A stretch of DNA of 32,000 nt from positions 450,001 to 482,000 of the forward strand of contig CP002278.1 of assembly GCA_000166095.1 (NCBI GenBank), written 5' to 3'. The DNA comes from Methanothermus fervidus DSM 2088. GTDB lineage: Archaea; Methanobacteriota; Methanobacteria; DSM-2088; Methanothermaceae. The position numbers were made by a program, and so were the translations under genes. The notes beneath the pieces were generated by a model, which was not told the origin of the DNA, ran no database searches, and saw nothing but the letters and a program-made list of their open reading frames with translations. This document shows positions 10,056 through 19,664 of this stretch, piece by piece. Numbering within the stretch: the first letter of the stretch is position 1; every line of letters begins with the position of its first letter.

Positions 10056-11223
10056 CTCTTTCTGGATCTACAGTGGAAAGCTCAAGTCCGGGTATTATTA
10101 CACGTACAACCGGAACTCCTATTTCTCGTGTGAGATTTACTATAAATACATCTTTGAATCCTCTTTTTTTAAGTTTTTGTAAAACTATTTCAATATTCTT
10201 TTTTAAATTGTTTGAAGCTTCATTTTTTAGTTCTTCAATTCCAATAACGTCTTCAGGTTCTCTAAACCAATGATAATTAATTCTTTTCATTCTTTCATAT
10301 CCAATTCTTTCAACAAACATTTTTCTCATTTTGCTTTCTTCTACACCATAAATTTCTGTTGCCCTACTTTGTGCTACTTCTGTTAATGCACGCATCACTG
10401 CAATTTCTGGATCTAAATGTGATCCAAAACCTATAGTTAAAAGTCGTGGATCTTTTAAATGTATATCATCTGCTACAGCTGCTACAGTATGTACTTTTAT
10501 ATCGGAAGTTATATCTAACAATTTAATATCAATTTTAGCTTTTTTAAACTTATTTAATAAATTTTCAATCATTTCATTTTCAACATTACTACAATCAATC
10601 TTTTTTGCCCCCCTCCTACGAATTTCAAATAAACTCCATGCATCTCTTTCAATCACTTCAAATATGCCATGAAGTATTGCCTCTTCTATTACATTTCCTG
10701 AAGCTAATCCATTAGTATTAGATCTAAATAACCTAACAGAATTTTTCCTGGGATTATATGGATGATAAACAGCATTTGCAGGCACATAATATTTTTTATT
10801 ATTTCTTAAATTTAATGCAGCACACCATTCTAATTTTGAATCAGGTGAGATCCTTCCTGGTAAAATCAACTCATTAGGATCAATACATCTTTCAAGTTCT
10901 TCAGTTGTAGAAATTATTGTATTATCATTGCTTCTCATTTCAGCAGAATACCTTTCAATTGCTTCCATAATTACAGAAGCTTTCGCCTGTTCTTTGGTGA
11001 CACCTTTACCTTTATATACATTTATTGCACCTTTTTTTACTCCTGACCTAAATGCTAAAAATACAGGTATGCCAACTCTATCGATATTGGTTATATTTTT
11101 TATTTTTTTCACTCCAATTTCCTTAACTTTATCTTTAGTATACTCAATTGTTTTAGATGGGCTTACAATCCTATAAGAGGTTTCTTTGTATTCTACATGT
11201 AATTCATGTATCATTAAACTCAC
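10015..11223 (-). CDS. ycaO: YcaO-related McrA-glycine thioamidation protein (methanogenesis marker protein 1 type)
   Basis: GKGVTKEQAKASVIMEAIERYSAE, NTNGLASGNVIEEAILHGIFEVIERDAW, ALTEVAQSRAT, REIGVPVVRVIIPGLE. Confidence 0.88.
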   Translation of the reverse strand: MSLMIHELHVEYKETSYRIVSPSKTIEYTKDKVKEIGVKKIKNITNIDRVGIPVFLAFRSGVKKGAINVYKGKGVTKEQAKASVIMEAIERYSAEMRSNDNTIISTTEELERCIDPNELILPGRISPDSKLEWCAALNLRNNKKYYVPANAVYHPYNPRKNSVRLFRSNTNGLASGNVIEEAILHGIFEVIERDAWSLFEIRRRGAKKIDCSNVENEMIENLLNKFKKAKIDIKLLDITSDIKVHTVAAVADDIHLKDPRLLTIGFGSHLDPEIAVMRALTEVAQSRATEIYGVEESKMRKMFVERIGYERMKRINYHWFREPEDVIGIEELKNEASNNLKKNIEIVLQKLKKRGFKDVFIVNLTREIGVPVVRVIIPGLELSTVDPERVGQRAKSGAFNAG

Positions 11224-11814
11224 CTATACAGATATTGCAAATATTGCAAACAAGAATAATACAAATGCAAAAACAATTGTAAAGAACCATATTATGAAAT
11301 TCCAGCGAAAAACTTTTGAACCATCAAGTATACCAATTGGAAGTAAATTAAAAAATGCTAAGAAACTGTTTATTGCAAATCCAAGGTAAAATATTTCTCT
11401 AAAGAACCCTGTTTTAGTTAAAGCCAAAAACAATAGAGCTAAAAATATATTTGTTAAAGGTCCAGCTAAAGATATTTTTCCATCTTCATCTCGCCTTATA
11501 TGTCCTCCATAAATATAGACAGCTCCTGGTGCAGCAAAAACAATGCCTAAAAATATTGCCATCACAATTGCAAGTACTAATCCCTCAAACCATAATTTAT
11601 ATTCTGCCCAAAAACCATATTTTAAAGCTACAATTTTATGGGCAATTTCATGGAGTATAAACCCCAAACCCACAACAATTATCATTGCTGGAAAAATAGT
11701 TATCATGACATGCAAATTTTTATTACTCCAAAGATATGCAAAAATTGCTGCTATTACAATCATCGACAGAAGGAGTTCTTTAAGTTCTTGAGATGTGAAT
11801 CTTATTTTCATCAA
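11224..11814 (-). CDS. Site-2 protease (M50) family membrane metalloprotease
   Basis: HEIAHKIVALKYG (HExxH), NLLPIGILDGSKVFRW (NPDG-like), multiple TM segments. Confidence 0.88.
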   Translation of the reverse strand: MMKIRFTSQELKELLLSMIVIAAIFAYLWSNKNLHVMITIFPAMIIVVGLGFILHEIAHKIVALKYGFWAEYKLWFEGLVLAIVMAIFLGIVFAAPGAVYIYGGHIRRDEDGKISLAGPLTNIFLALLFLALTKTGFFREIFYLGFAINSFLAFFNLLPIGILDGSKVFRWNFIIWFFTIVFAFVLFLFAIFAISV

Positions 11815-12747
11815 TTATACCCCATTTTTACTTTCTAATCTTCTAAATCTTTCAGGTATTGTAGTTCTTGGAATATTTAAATAATATTCACTTGCCGTAT
11901 CTACTATTTCAATTGATATATCAGCTATACGTTCAAACGCCTTAACAACGCGTGCTAGAGATATGTAATACGTTGATTCTTCTTTATTTATAAATTTTGT
12001 TTCTGCCATTTCTATGGCTATTTGGTTTAGAGCTTCTTTTTGTAGTTTGTGCATTCTATCTTCGAATCTCATGATTTTATTCTTAAATTCCAATTTTTCA
12101 TTTAAGAAAGCTTCCATAGATAAATTAAGCATTTTATTTGCTAATTTAAACATGTCTTCCAAATATCCTCTTATAAATTCACCCACCGGTTTCTTCTCTT
12201 TTACAACGAAATCAGCAATTGTGCATGAGTGATCTCCTATTCTTTCAAGATCATATGCAATTTCAGCAAAAATCAATGTTTTGCTAAATTCTGAGTATGG
12301 ATTCAGTGCTAGTGCTGTCTCAACAGATGATCTAATTTTTTCATGCATGTTGTTAGTTGTGTAATCCATTTTAAGAGATTTTTGTGCCAATTCTTCATCA
12401 TGCTTTAACAATGACTCAAAAGAATTTTTTAATTGTTTAGAAACATGTTCTGACATTTTTCTTAGAATTTCTTTAATGAAAAAACTTCCTGGATGTTCAT
12501 CCTTTGCTTTATCCTCTCCAAAGACTTTAGAGAATTCTTCAAACTTTCCAATGTCTAATATATATGCCTTTTTTACAACACCTTTATTTATTAGAGGTTG
12601 TAAAAGTTTTGTTACATATCTTCTACTAATCCCCAATTTTTTGGCAATTTCTGCCTGTGTTGATGGATTTTCATAAAGTATGATTTTTAATAATGATTTT
12701 AATGTAGCATTTTTAGTTCTTTTTTTCTTCATTTTTTTCTCCCTCAT
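11815..12747 (-). CDS. N-terminal HTH plus PhoU-domain regulator
   Basis: HTH segment NPSTQAEIAKKLGISRRYVTKLLQPLINKG followed by two PhoU-like helical repeats (DLERIGDHSCTIADFV; AFERIADISIEIVDTA). The start could be the Met ending at 12732. Confidence 0.85.
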   Translation of the reverse strand: MREKKMKKKRTKNATLKSLLKIILYENPSTQAEIAKKLGISRRYVTKLLQPLINKGVVKKAYILDIGKFEEFSKVFGEDKAKDEHPGSFFIKEILRKMSEHVSKQLKNSFESLLKHDEELAQKSLKMDYTTNNMHEKIRSSVETALALNPYSEFSKTLIFAEIAYDLERIGDHSCTIADFVVKEKKPVGEFIRGYLEDMFKLANKMLNLSMEAFLNEKLEFKNKIMRFEDRMHKLQKEALNQIAIEMAETKFINKEESTYYISLARVVKAFERIADISIEIVDTASEYYLNIPRTTIPERFRRLESKNGV

Positions 12748-13342
12748 CTATCTTAATTTCCACAGATTCTTTGAGGATATGGATTATAAGATAAAGGAGT
12801 AAGAATATTATAATGAAGCTTAAATAAGGGTATGACAATTCAAGGAAAGTTTTGATAACATCTGAAATACTGCCTCCAACATCGCAAAATCCTCTTGTTA
12901 ACATTATTAGTGAGACTAGTATAAGAAGATATCCATGTTTTTGTTTAATGTCACTCGGAAAAAACAGAAGATATAACCCCATAGCCGATAGTCCAATTCC
13001 AATAGACCTGAAAAGGTTCCAATTAGTTATTCCTTCAAGAAAATAGAAAATTTTTTCTGATTTCCAATAAAAGGGATGTAATACATATATTATTTCAATA
13101 GATAAAACTAAAAATAAGGGTATTGTATATACCACACTACTCTCTATCTTTTTTGTTCTTATGTTCTTCACAGGTTCTTTAAGAGGTTCTTTTATGTAAT
13201 GTGACAAAAATTGATATAACATAGAACCTAAAGCAGCTCCTAAAACTGTACCACCTATACCTAGCTTTATAGTGGTAAATGTCACAATAGCTGATATTAC
13301 TCCAGCCATCAATATATCAAATAATTTAGACAATTTAACCAT
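12713..13342 (-). CDS. Multi-spanning membrane protein, unknown function
   Basis: Several hydrophobic segments; Lys/Glu-rich C terminus. Confidence 0.65.
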   Translation of the reverse strand: MVKLSKLFDILMAGVISAIVTFTTIKLGIGGTVLGAALGSMLYQFLSHYIKEPLKEPVKNIRTKKIESSVVYTIPLFLVLSIEIIYVLHPFYWKSEKIFYFLEGITNWNLFRSIGIGLSAMGLYLLFFPSDIKQKHGYLLILVSLIMLTRGFCDVGGSISDVIKTFLELSYPYLSFIIIFLLLYLIIHILKESVEIKIDEGEKNEEKKN

Positions 13343-13351
13343 TCAATTCAC

Positions 13352-14134
13352 CTAGTAATAATAAACAATCTCAGCTTCTTCTTCTTTACTGATCCCATAT
13401 TGCGCTATGGTTTTTTTGACATTATTTTCTGTATTTATGAGATTAACATGGATTTTTTCATCAGTAATTGTAAGTTCATTATAAGAAGGAAAACTCTCAC
13501 CTCTTAATCTTCTAGTTGTCGCTGTTCCTGAATTTATGGTGGCCATTTTTTCAATCATCCATACGTTTGGTACATGTTTATGTCCATTTAAAACAAAGTC
13601 AACTCCGCAGTCAATAAGTAATTTTAATACATCCCCACAATCTAACAATATATTTCTTTCCCTACCAGTTTGTGGAATTGGCAGAAGATGGTGATGAAAT
13701 GTAACTATCTTAATAAATCCGTTGGGTATGCGCTTAAGTTTATCATGCGCCCATTCCATTTGATCAATCCCTATTTGTCCATCATCTATATCTGGTTGGG
13801 ATGAATCAAGGCCAATTATTGCAAATTCTCCACTTTTATCTATATGTAAAAATTTTCGATGTCCTATTAATTTTTCAAAATGTACTAATCCAACATTTCT
13901 TGCGTCATGATTGCCGGGAACAACATAAGTATCAGCAATATCGTTAAGCTCTTCTATAAATTCACTTGCTAATTCATATTCATATTTATAGCCATTTGTT
14001 GTTACATCTCCAGCAACTACAATAATGTCAGGGTTTATATTCTCAATCCCTGATGTCAAATTTCTTTTTAATTCAGAAGAAAAAGTTTTGTCACCAAAAT
14101 GGATATCTGATAAATGAATTATTGTTTTATCCAT
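13352..14134 (-). CDS. Calcineurin-like metallophosphoesterase (cpdA-like)
   Basis: MDKTIIHLSDIHFGD, VVAGDVTTNG, VPGNHDARN, VLNGHKH. The track start at 14173 gives a poorly motivated N-terminal extension; MDKTIIHLSD is the likelier start. Confidence 0.87.
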   Translation of the reverse strand: MDKTIIHLSDIHFGDKTFSSELKRNLTSGIENINPDIIVVAGDVTTNGYKYEYELASEFIEELNDIADTYVVPGNHDARNVGLVHFEKLIGHRKFLHIDKSGEFAIIGLDSSQPDIDDGQIGIDQMEWAHDKLKRIPNGFIKIVTFHHHLLPIPQTGRERNILLDCGDVLKLLIDCGVDFVLNGHKHVPNVWMIEKMATINSGTATTRRLRGESFPSYNELTITDEKIHVNLINTENNVKKTIAQYGISKEEEAEIVYYY

Positions 14135-14238
14135 AAAATCACCTAAATCAGTAATCAATGAAAATTTATTCAACTATGTTTTCCACTTCAATATTTAAAT
14201 TTTACTTTCAAAAAATTGAGAAGTAGAAAAAGAAATTA

Positions 14239-14310
14239 AGCCTCGAGCGGGATTTGAACCCGCGACCTGTGCCTTACCAAGGCACCGCTCTACCCCTGAG
14301 CTATCGAGGC
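14239..14310 (-). tRNA. tRNA-Thr (GGT)
   Basis: Minus strand GCCTCGATAGCTCAGGGGTAGAGCGGTGCCTTGGTAAGGCACAGGTCGCGGGTTCAAATCCCGCTCGAGGCT; anticodon loop TTGGTAA; full cloverleaf; CCA not encoded. Confidence 0.97.
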
Positions 14311-14316
14311 ATACGA

Positions 14317-14400
14317 TGCAGGGGAGGGGATTCGAACCCCCGAAGGCCTAACGCCAGAGGATCTTAAGTCCTCCCCCTTTGACCACTCGGGCACCCCTGC
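14317..14400 (-). tRNA. tRNA-Leu (TAA)
   Basis: Minus strand GCAGGGGTGCCCGAGTGG...GAGGACTTAAGATCCTC + long variable arm + GGGGGTTCGAATCCCC...CCCCTGCA; anticodon loop CTTAAGA; CCA not encoded. Confidence 0.97.
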
Positions 14401-14534
14401 ATACATTACTAGTGTTAAAAACTATTTTAAAAATTTTTGGAGATTCTCAAGCTAGTACAGTTATTTGTCAGTACTAATATTTAAATTTAACCCTCACAAA
14501 ATACAAAAAAATTAAATTAAATATAAAATTTCTA

Positions 14535-15677
14535 TTAACTTGAAAATACTTCTAAAATCTTTGACACGCCCTTTCCAAGTTCTATATCAAATCCTAGTTC
14601 TTTCAGGGCTAATTCAATTGCAGATATGGTCACTGTTAATTCTCTTTGTGTAACATTTCCCATATGACCAATTCTGAAAATTTTTCCTTTTAAATGGTCT
14701 TGTCCTCCTGCTAACTCCACACCATATTTTTTACGTATTAAACCTCTAAATTCTTTGTCACTTGTTCCCTTAGGTAAATGAATGGCAGTAACAGTATTTG
14801 AAGAAACTTCTTCATCTGGAAATATTTCCAAACCTAAGGCTTTAACAGCCTTTCTAGTAGCAATTGCGGCCATTTTATGTCTTTTTATCCTATTTTCTAA
14901 ACCTTCTTCCTCAACAACTTTTAAAGCTTCATTTAATGCATATATTAAGGAAACTGATGGTGTATATGGAGTTTCAGGAGGTTTTAAACTTTTACTTTCT
15001 CTATATTTTTTTAAATCTAAATAATAAGTTTTAGAATCTGTAGACTCTACTACATCCCAAGCTTCATCACTTAAAGTTATTGCTGATAAACCAGGAGGCG
15101 CTGCTAAGCATTTTTGTGAGCCAGTTATACAAATATCTATGCCATAATTGTCTACTTCTACTTTATCGCCTCCGAGAGAAGATACAGCATCTACAATATA
15201 CAATGCTTCATGATTATTCAATATTTTACCGATTTCTTTTATTGGATTTTTAACACCAGTTGAAGTTTCATTATGAACAACAGTTACTGCTTTAATATCT
15301 TCATTTTCTTCTAGTGTTTCCTTAATTTTTTCTATATCTGCAGCTTTACCCCATTCAAATTTTAAAGGTATTGAATTACCACCAAATGTTGTAGTTATTT
15401 GCATAAATCTTTCGCCAAATTTTCCATTAACTATGTTTAAAATTTTGTCTCCTTCTTCCAATATATTTGCTAATGCTGCTTCCATTGCTGCTGTACCAGA
15501 TCCTGTAAGTATATATGATTCATTTTTTGTTTTAAAAATTTTTGACATAATTTCTGATGTTTCTTCTAAAATTTTACCAAATTCCTCTCCTCTGTGGTTT
15601 ACAATATTTTTTAACATTGCCTTAAGAACTCTTTGAGAAACGCCAGTTGGTCCTGGAATCATCAGTAATTGATCCAT
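14535..15677 (-). CDS. Alanine/serine-glyoxylate aminotransferase family (class V PLP)
   Basis: MIPGPTGVSQRVLKAM, SGTAAMEAAL, VVHNETSTG, DAVSSLGG, SQKCLAAPPG. Start set at MDQLLMIPGP (codon ending 15677) rather than the 15845 ORF start, which overlaps the divergent mptE. Confidence 0.9.
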   Translation of the reverse strand: MDQLLMIPGPTGVSQRVLKAMLKNIVNHRGEEFGKILEETSEIMSKIFKTKNESYILTGSGTAAMEAALANILEEGDKILNIVNGKFGERFMQITTTFGGNSIPLKFEWGKAADIEKIKETLEENEDIKAVTVVHNETSTGVKNPIKEIGKILNNHEALYIVDAVSSLGGDKVEVDNYGIDICITGSQKCLAAPPGLSAITLSDEAWDVVESTDSKTYYLDLKKYRESKSLKPPETPYTPSVSLIYALNEALKVVEEEGLENRIKRHKMAAIATRKAVKALGLEIFPDEEVSSNTVTAIHLPKGTSDKEFRGLIRKKYGVELAGGQDHLKGKIFRIGHMGNVTQRELTVTISAIELALKELGFDIELGKGVSKILEVFSS

Positions 15678-15782
15678 ATTTTTTACACCTCCGAAGGTAT
15701 TTTGAAAAGCTAGATAAATTTTTGTAGTAATTTTCTTAATCAAAGAATTTAAATATTCCTCATCTAATAAAAGTTTTATGAA

Positions 15783-16481
15783 ATGAAAATAAAAACATGG
15801 ATGAAATGGTATAGAAAAATACTTAAAGATTTTGGATTTAAACAAGAGGAAGATGAAAAATCTGCAAAGTATCTAAATAAATTTTTGGAAAAACATTGTG
15901 CCTTAAACTTAGATGACTTGCCACACTCCAATACAGCCATTGTATGTGGAGCAGGTCCTTCAATAGAAAAACATGTTAAAATTGTTAAAAAAATTAAGAG
16001 CAAAGGAATTGTCATAGCAGCTGATGGTGCTACCACTGCATTACTTAATGAAGAAATAATCCCAGATATAATTGTTACAGATTTGGATGGATACATGCCG
16101 GATATAATAAAAGCCAATAAATTAGGATCAGTTGTTGTAGTACATAGTCATGGTGACAATTTAAAAAAATTGAAAAAATATCTTCCAAAACTAAAAAATA
16201 TAATGGGTACAACACAGTCAAAACCTCTCAAAAACGTATATAATTTTGGTGGATTTACAGATGGTGATAGAGCCGTGTTTTTGGCAATCAAATTGGGTGC
16301 TAAAAAAATAATTTTGGCAGGTATGGATTTTGGCGAAAAAATAACGAAATATTCAAGGCCTAAACTTAGTAGAGATGTAGAAGAGGCCGATGAGATAAAA
16401 AAACTAAAATTAAAATATGCAGAGAAACTCATAGAGTGGATTGTTGATAATAAAAATGTTGAAATCAAAAAATTAAGGTGA
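15783..16481 (+). CDS. mptE: MptE-like 6-hydroxymethyl-7,8-dihydropterin pyrophosphokinase (DUF115)
   Basis: TAIVCGAGPSIEKH, VIAADGATTALL, PDIIVTDLDG, VVHSHGDN, GFTDGDRAVFLAIKLGAKKIILAGMDFG. Confidence 0.88.
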   Translation: MKIKTWMKWYRKILKDFGFKQEEDEKSAKYLNKFLEKHCALNLDDLPHSNTAIVCGAGPSIEKHVKIVKKIKSKGIVIAADGATTALLNEEIIPDIIVTDLDGYMPDIIKANKLGSVVVVHSHGDNLKKLKKYLPKLKNIMGTTQSKPLKNVYNFGGFTDGDRAVFLAIKLGAKKIILAGMDFGEKITKYSRPKLSRDVEEADEIKKLKLKYAEKLIEWIVDNKNVEIKKLR

Positions 16482-16485
16482 ATAC

Positions 16486-16896
16486 ATGAAGTTTGAATTT
16501 ATTGATGTAACTGCTGATGCAGGTTTTCATGCATATGGATCTACTTTAGAAGAATTATTTGAAAACGCAGCCTTAGCTTTATTTGAAATAATAACTGATA
16601 CTTCAAAAGTAAAGGATAAAGAATGTCGTAAAATTGAAATAGAAAGTGAAGACAAGATATCATTACTGCATGACTGGTTAGAAGAACTTTTAGTGACGCA
16701 TGAAATTGAAATGATGCTCTTTTCAAAATTTAAAGTTGAAATTTCTGATTGTAAATTACGTGGAATGGCATGGGGTGAAAAAATAAATCCAGATATACAT
16801 GAAATAAAATGTGAAGTAAAGGCTATAACTTATCATCTAATGAATATAACAAAAGAAAATGACAAATATAAAGCAACAGTAATTGTAGATATATAA
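16486..16896 (+). CDS. Archease
   Basis: FIDVTADAGFHAYGSTLEELFENAALALF, LLHDWLEELL, IKCEVKAITYHLM; immediately upstream of rtcB. Confidence 0.92.
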   Translation: MKFEFIDVTADAGFHAYGSTLEELFENAALALFEIITDTSKVKDKECRKIEIESEDKISLLHDWLEELLVTHEIEMMLFSKFKVEISDCKLRGMAWGEKINPDIHEIKCEVKAITYHLMNITKENDKYKATVIVDI

Positions 16897-16910
16897 AATG
16901 AGGGATAAAT

Positions 16911-18359
16911 ATGAATATAAGAGACATTTTAATTAAAAAAGATGATTATGTCTGGGAAGTACCTACAGATTATAAAGAATGCATGCAAGTTCCTGGAAGA
17001 ATATTTGTGGATGAAAAAGAATTAGATAAACTAGAAAAAGGGGCTGTAGATCAGGTTGCAAATGTAGCGTGTCTACCAGGTATCCAAAAATTCTCTATAG
17101 CATTACCCGACATACATTTTGGTTATGGATTTCCTATAGGAGGCGTTGGTGCATTTAGTGCAAACACTGGAGTTATAAGCCCTGGTGGAGTAGGTTTTGA
17201 TATAAATTGTGGTGTTAGAGTAATCCGAACAAACTTAACTGAGGAAGACGTAAGACCTAAGATAAAAGAATTAATAGACACATTATTTAGGAACATACCA
17301 TCAGGAGTAGGTAGTAAAGGTAAAATAAGGTTAAAGAGTGGAGAAATAGATGAAGTATTAGAAAATGGGGCTGTTTGGGCTGTTGAAAATGGATATGGCT
17401 GGGAAGAAGACCTCAAATATCTTGAAGAAAATGGTAAGATGGAAGATGCAAATGCTGAGAAAGTAAGTGTAAGAGCAAAGAGAAGAGGAATACCACAGTT
17501 AGGAACATTAGGTTCTGGTAATCATTTTTTAGAAGTTCAAAAGGTTGAAAAAGTTTTTGATGAAAACGCTGGAGAAGTATTTGGACTTAAACCAGGACAA
17601 GTAACAATAATGGTTCATACTGGGTCACGAGGATGTGGACATCAAATATGTTCAGATTACTTAAAAGTTATGAATAAAGCTTATAGAAAGTATAACATAA
17701 ATATCCCAGATCGTCAATTGGCATGTGCTCCTGTAGATACACCTGAAGCAGAAGACTATTTCCAAGCAATGGCGGCAGCCGCTAATTATGCTTGGGCAAA
17801 TCGTCAAATGATTGTACATTGGGTTAGAGAATCCTTTGAACAGGTATTTGGTGAAGAAGCTGAAGACCTAGGAATGAAGATTCTTTACGATGTTGCACAC
17901 AACATTGCTAAAAGAGAAGTACATAAAGTAAATGGAAAAAACATTGAAGTATATGTTCATAGAAAAGGTGCAACACGTGCATTTGGTCCTGGAAGAAAAG
18001 AAGTACCAAAAGAATATAGAGACATAGGGCAACCTGTCTTAATACCAGGAACTATGGGAACAGCATCATATATACTCCACGGAACTGAGATGGCAATGGA
18101 AGAAACCTTTGGCTCTACTGCACATGGTGCAGGTCGTAAGATGAGTCGAGCAGGTGCAAAGAGAGTTTATCGTGGAAATAGAGTCCAAAGAGAGTTAGGC
18201 AGTAGAGGGATTTATGTTAAGGCAGTTTCAATGGCGGTTGTTGCTGAAGAAGCCCCTGGAGCTTATAAAGATGTTGACACTGTGGTTGAAACCACACATA
18301 AGGCAGGAATATCAAAGTTAGTTGCCAAATTAACACCACTTGGCGTAGCTAAAGGATAA
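16911..18359 (+). CDS. rtcB: tRNA-splicing ligase RtcB
   Basis: [71 protein letters not shown]. No intein seen. Confidence 0.97.
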   Translation: MNIRDILIKKDDYVWEVPTDYKECMQVPGRIFVDEKELDKLEKGAVDQVANVACLPGIQKFSIALPDIHFGYGFPIGGVGAFSANTGVISPGGVGFDINCGVRVIRTNLTEEDVRPKIKELIDTLFRNIPSGVGSKGKIRLKSGEIDEVLENGAVWAVENGYGWEEDLKYLEENGKMEDANAEKVSVRAKRRGIPQLGTLGSGNHFLEVQKVEKVFDENAGEVFGLKPGQVTIMVHTGSRGCGHQICSDYLKVMNKAYRKYNINIPDRQLACAPVDTPEAEDYFQAMAAAANYAWANRQMIVHWVRESFEQVFGEEAEDLGMKILYDVAHNIAKREVHKVNGKNIEVYVHRKGATRAFGPGRKEVPKEYRDIGQPVLIPGTMGTASYILHGTEMAMEETFGSTAHGAGRKMSRAGAKRVYRGNRVQRELGSRGIYVKAVSMAVVAEEAPGAYKDVDTVVETTHKAGISKLVAKLTPLGVAKG

Positions 18360-18384
18360 ATTTTTACAAAAATTTGGGGATAGA

Positions 18385-19149
18385 ATGATAGGAATCATTG
18401 GTGGGACTGGGTTATATACATTGGCTAAAGGTGAGAATGTAGAGAAAAAGACTGTTGAGACTCCTTATGGTATTTCTTCACCAATTTCAATTTTTAAACT
18501 TTATGACAAAAAAATAGCATTTATGCCTCGACATGCTGAAGACCATAATTATCCACCTCATAAGATTAATTATAGGGCAAATATTTATGCATTGAAAAAA
18601 ATTGGTGTAAAACAAATTATTGCTGTTAACACTGTAGGATCTATGCAAGAAAATGTTAAGCCTGGAGAATTGCTCATACCAAATGATTTCATTGATTTTA
18701 CGAAAAACAGACCAACCACTTTTTATGATGACAAGACAGTTCATATAGACATGACAGACCCTTATTGTCCAAATATTAGAGAGGTATTAATAAATAATGG
18801 AGAAGTTGATGTTATAGATAAAGGTATATATGTTTGTACTGAAGGACCAAGATTTGAAACACCTGCCGAAATTAGAATGTTTAAGAAATTAGGTGGAACT
18901 GTTGTTGGCATGACAGGCGTACCTGAAGTTATTCTGGCTAGAGAGTTAGAAATGTGTTATGCATCAATATGTGTAGTATCAAATTATGCTGCCTCAATTT
19001 CAAAGAAAAAATTGACTATAGATGAAGTTTTTGAAGTCCTTGAAAATAAAAAGCAAAAATTAATTAAAATAATTAAAAAAACTATCAAAAAATTAAAATA
19101 TGATCCAAATTGTAAGTGTCAAAAAGCATTAGAAGGGGCTAAAATTTAA
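18385..19149 (+). CDS. 5'-methylthioadenosine/5'-methylthioinosine phosphorylase family
   Basis: MIGIIGGTGLY, FMPRHAEDHNYPPHKINYRANIYALKKIGV, VCTEGPRFETPAEIRMFKKLGGTVVGMTGVPEV, SNYAASIS. Confidence 0.9.
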   Translation: MIGIIGGTGLYTLAKGENVEKKTVETPYGISSPISIFKLYDKKIAFMPRHAEDHNYPPHKINYRANIYALKKIGVKQIIAVNTVGSMQENVKPGELLIPNDFIDFTKNRPTTFYDDKTVHIDMTDPYCPNIREVLINNGEVDVIDKGIYVCTEGPRFETPAEIRMFKKLGGTVVGMTGVPEVILARELEMCYASICVVSNYAASISKKKLTIDEVFEVLENKKQKLIKIIKKTIKKLKYDPNCKCQKALEGAKI

Positions 19150-19163
19150 AATGTGGTGTTAAC

Positions 19164-19664
19164 TTGAAAATAAAAGAAAAATATATGAAGTATTGTCCAA
19201 GTTGTGGAAAAAGTTATAATAAAAATGCTAATTTCTGTGAGGAGTGTGGAACACAACTTAAAGAAATAAACATTGTAAAAGATGCCGTCATTGCATCCGA
19301 AGAATCTGAAGATGTTATTGTAGTTTCATCCAACCATATACCTGGATATGAAATTGTTGAAACTATTGGATTTGTATACGGTCTCACTGTTAGAAGCAGA
19401 GGTTTGGGAGGTCAGATAGCTGCATTTTTAAGATCTTTGATTGGTGGTGAAATTAAAGAATATGTTACTATGATGGAACATTCCCGTCAAGAAGCACTTG
19501 AACGTTTAATCGAACATGCAAGAAATATGGGAGCTAATGCAGTTATTAGTACACGTTTCGATTCATCAGAGATATCTAATGTAATGCAAGAAATTCTTGC
19601 ATATGGAACGGCAGTTAAAGTTAAAAAGAAAGAAAAAGAAGAAAATGTTTCTGTTAATATTTGA
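19164..19664 (+). CDS. Zinc-ribbon plus YbjQ/DUF74-like heavy-metal-binding domain protein
   Basis: YCPSCGKSYNKNANFCEECG followed by ETIGFVYGLTVRSRGLGGQI...MEHSRQEALERLIEHARNMGANAVISTRFD...EILAYGTAVKV. Confidence 0.85.
   Translation: MKIKEKYMKYCPSCGKSYNKNANFCEECGTQLKEINIVKDAVIASEESEDVIVVSSNHIPGYEIVETIGFVYGLTVRSRGLGGQIAAFLRSLIGGEIKEYVTMMEHSRQEALERLIEHARNMGANAVISTRFDSSEISNVMQEILAYGTAVKVKKKEKEENVSVNI

Noticed and set aside
15678-15845. N-terminal extension of the aminotransferase ORF
   Set aside because: Low-complexity, overlaps the divergent mptE start; MDQLLMIPGPT at 15677 fits the family N terminus.
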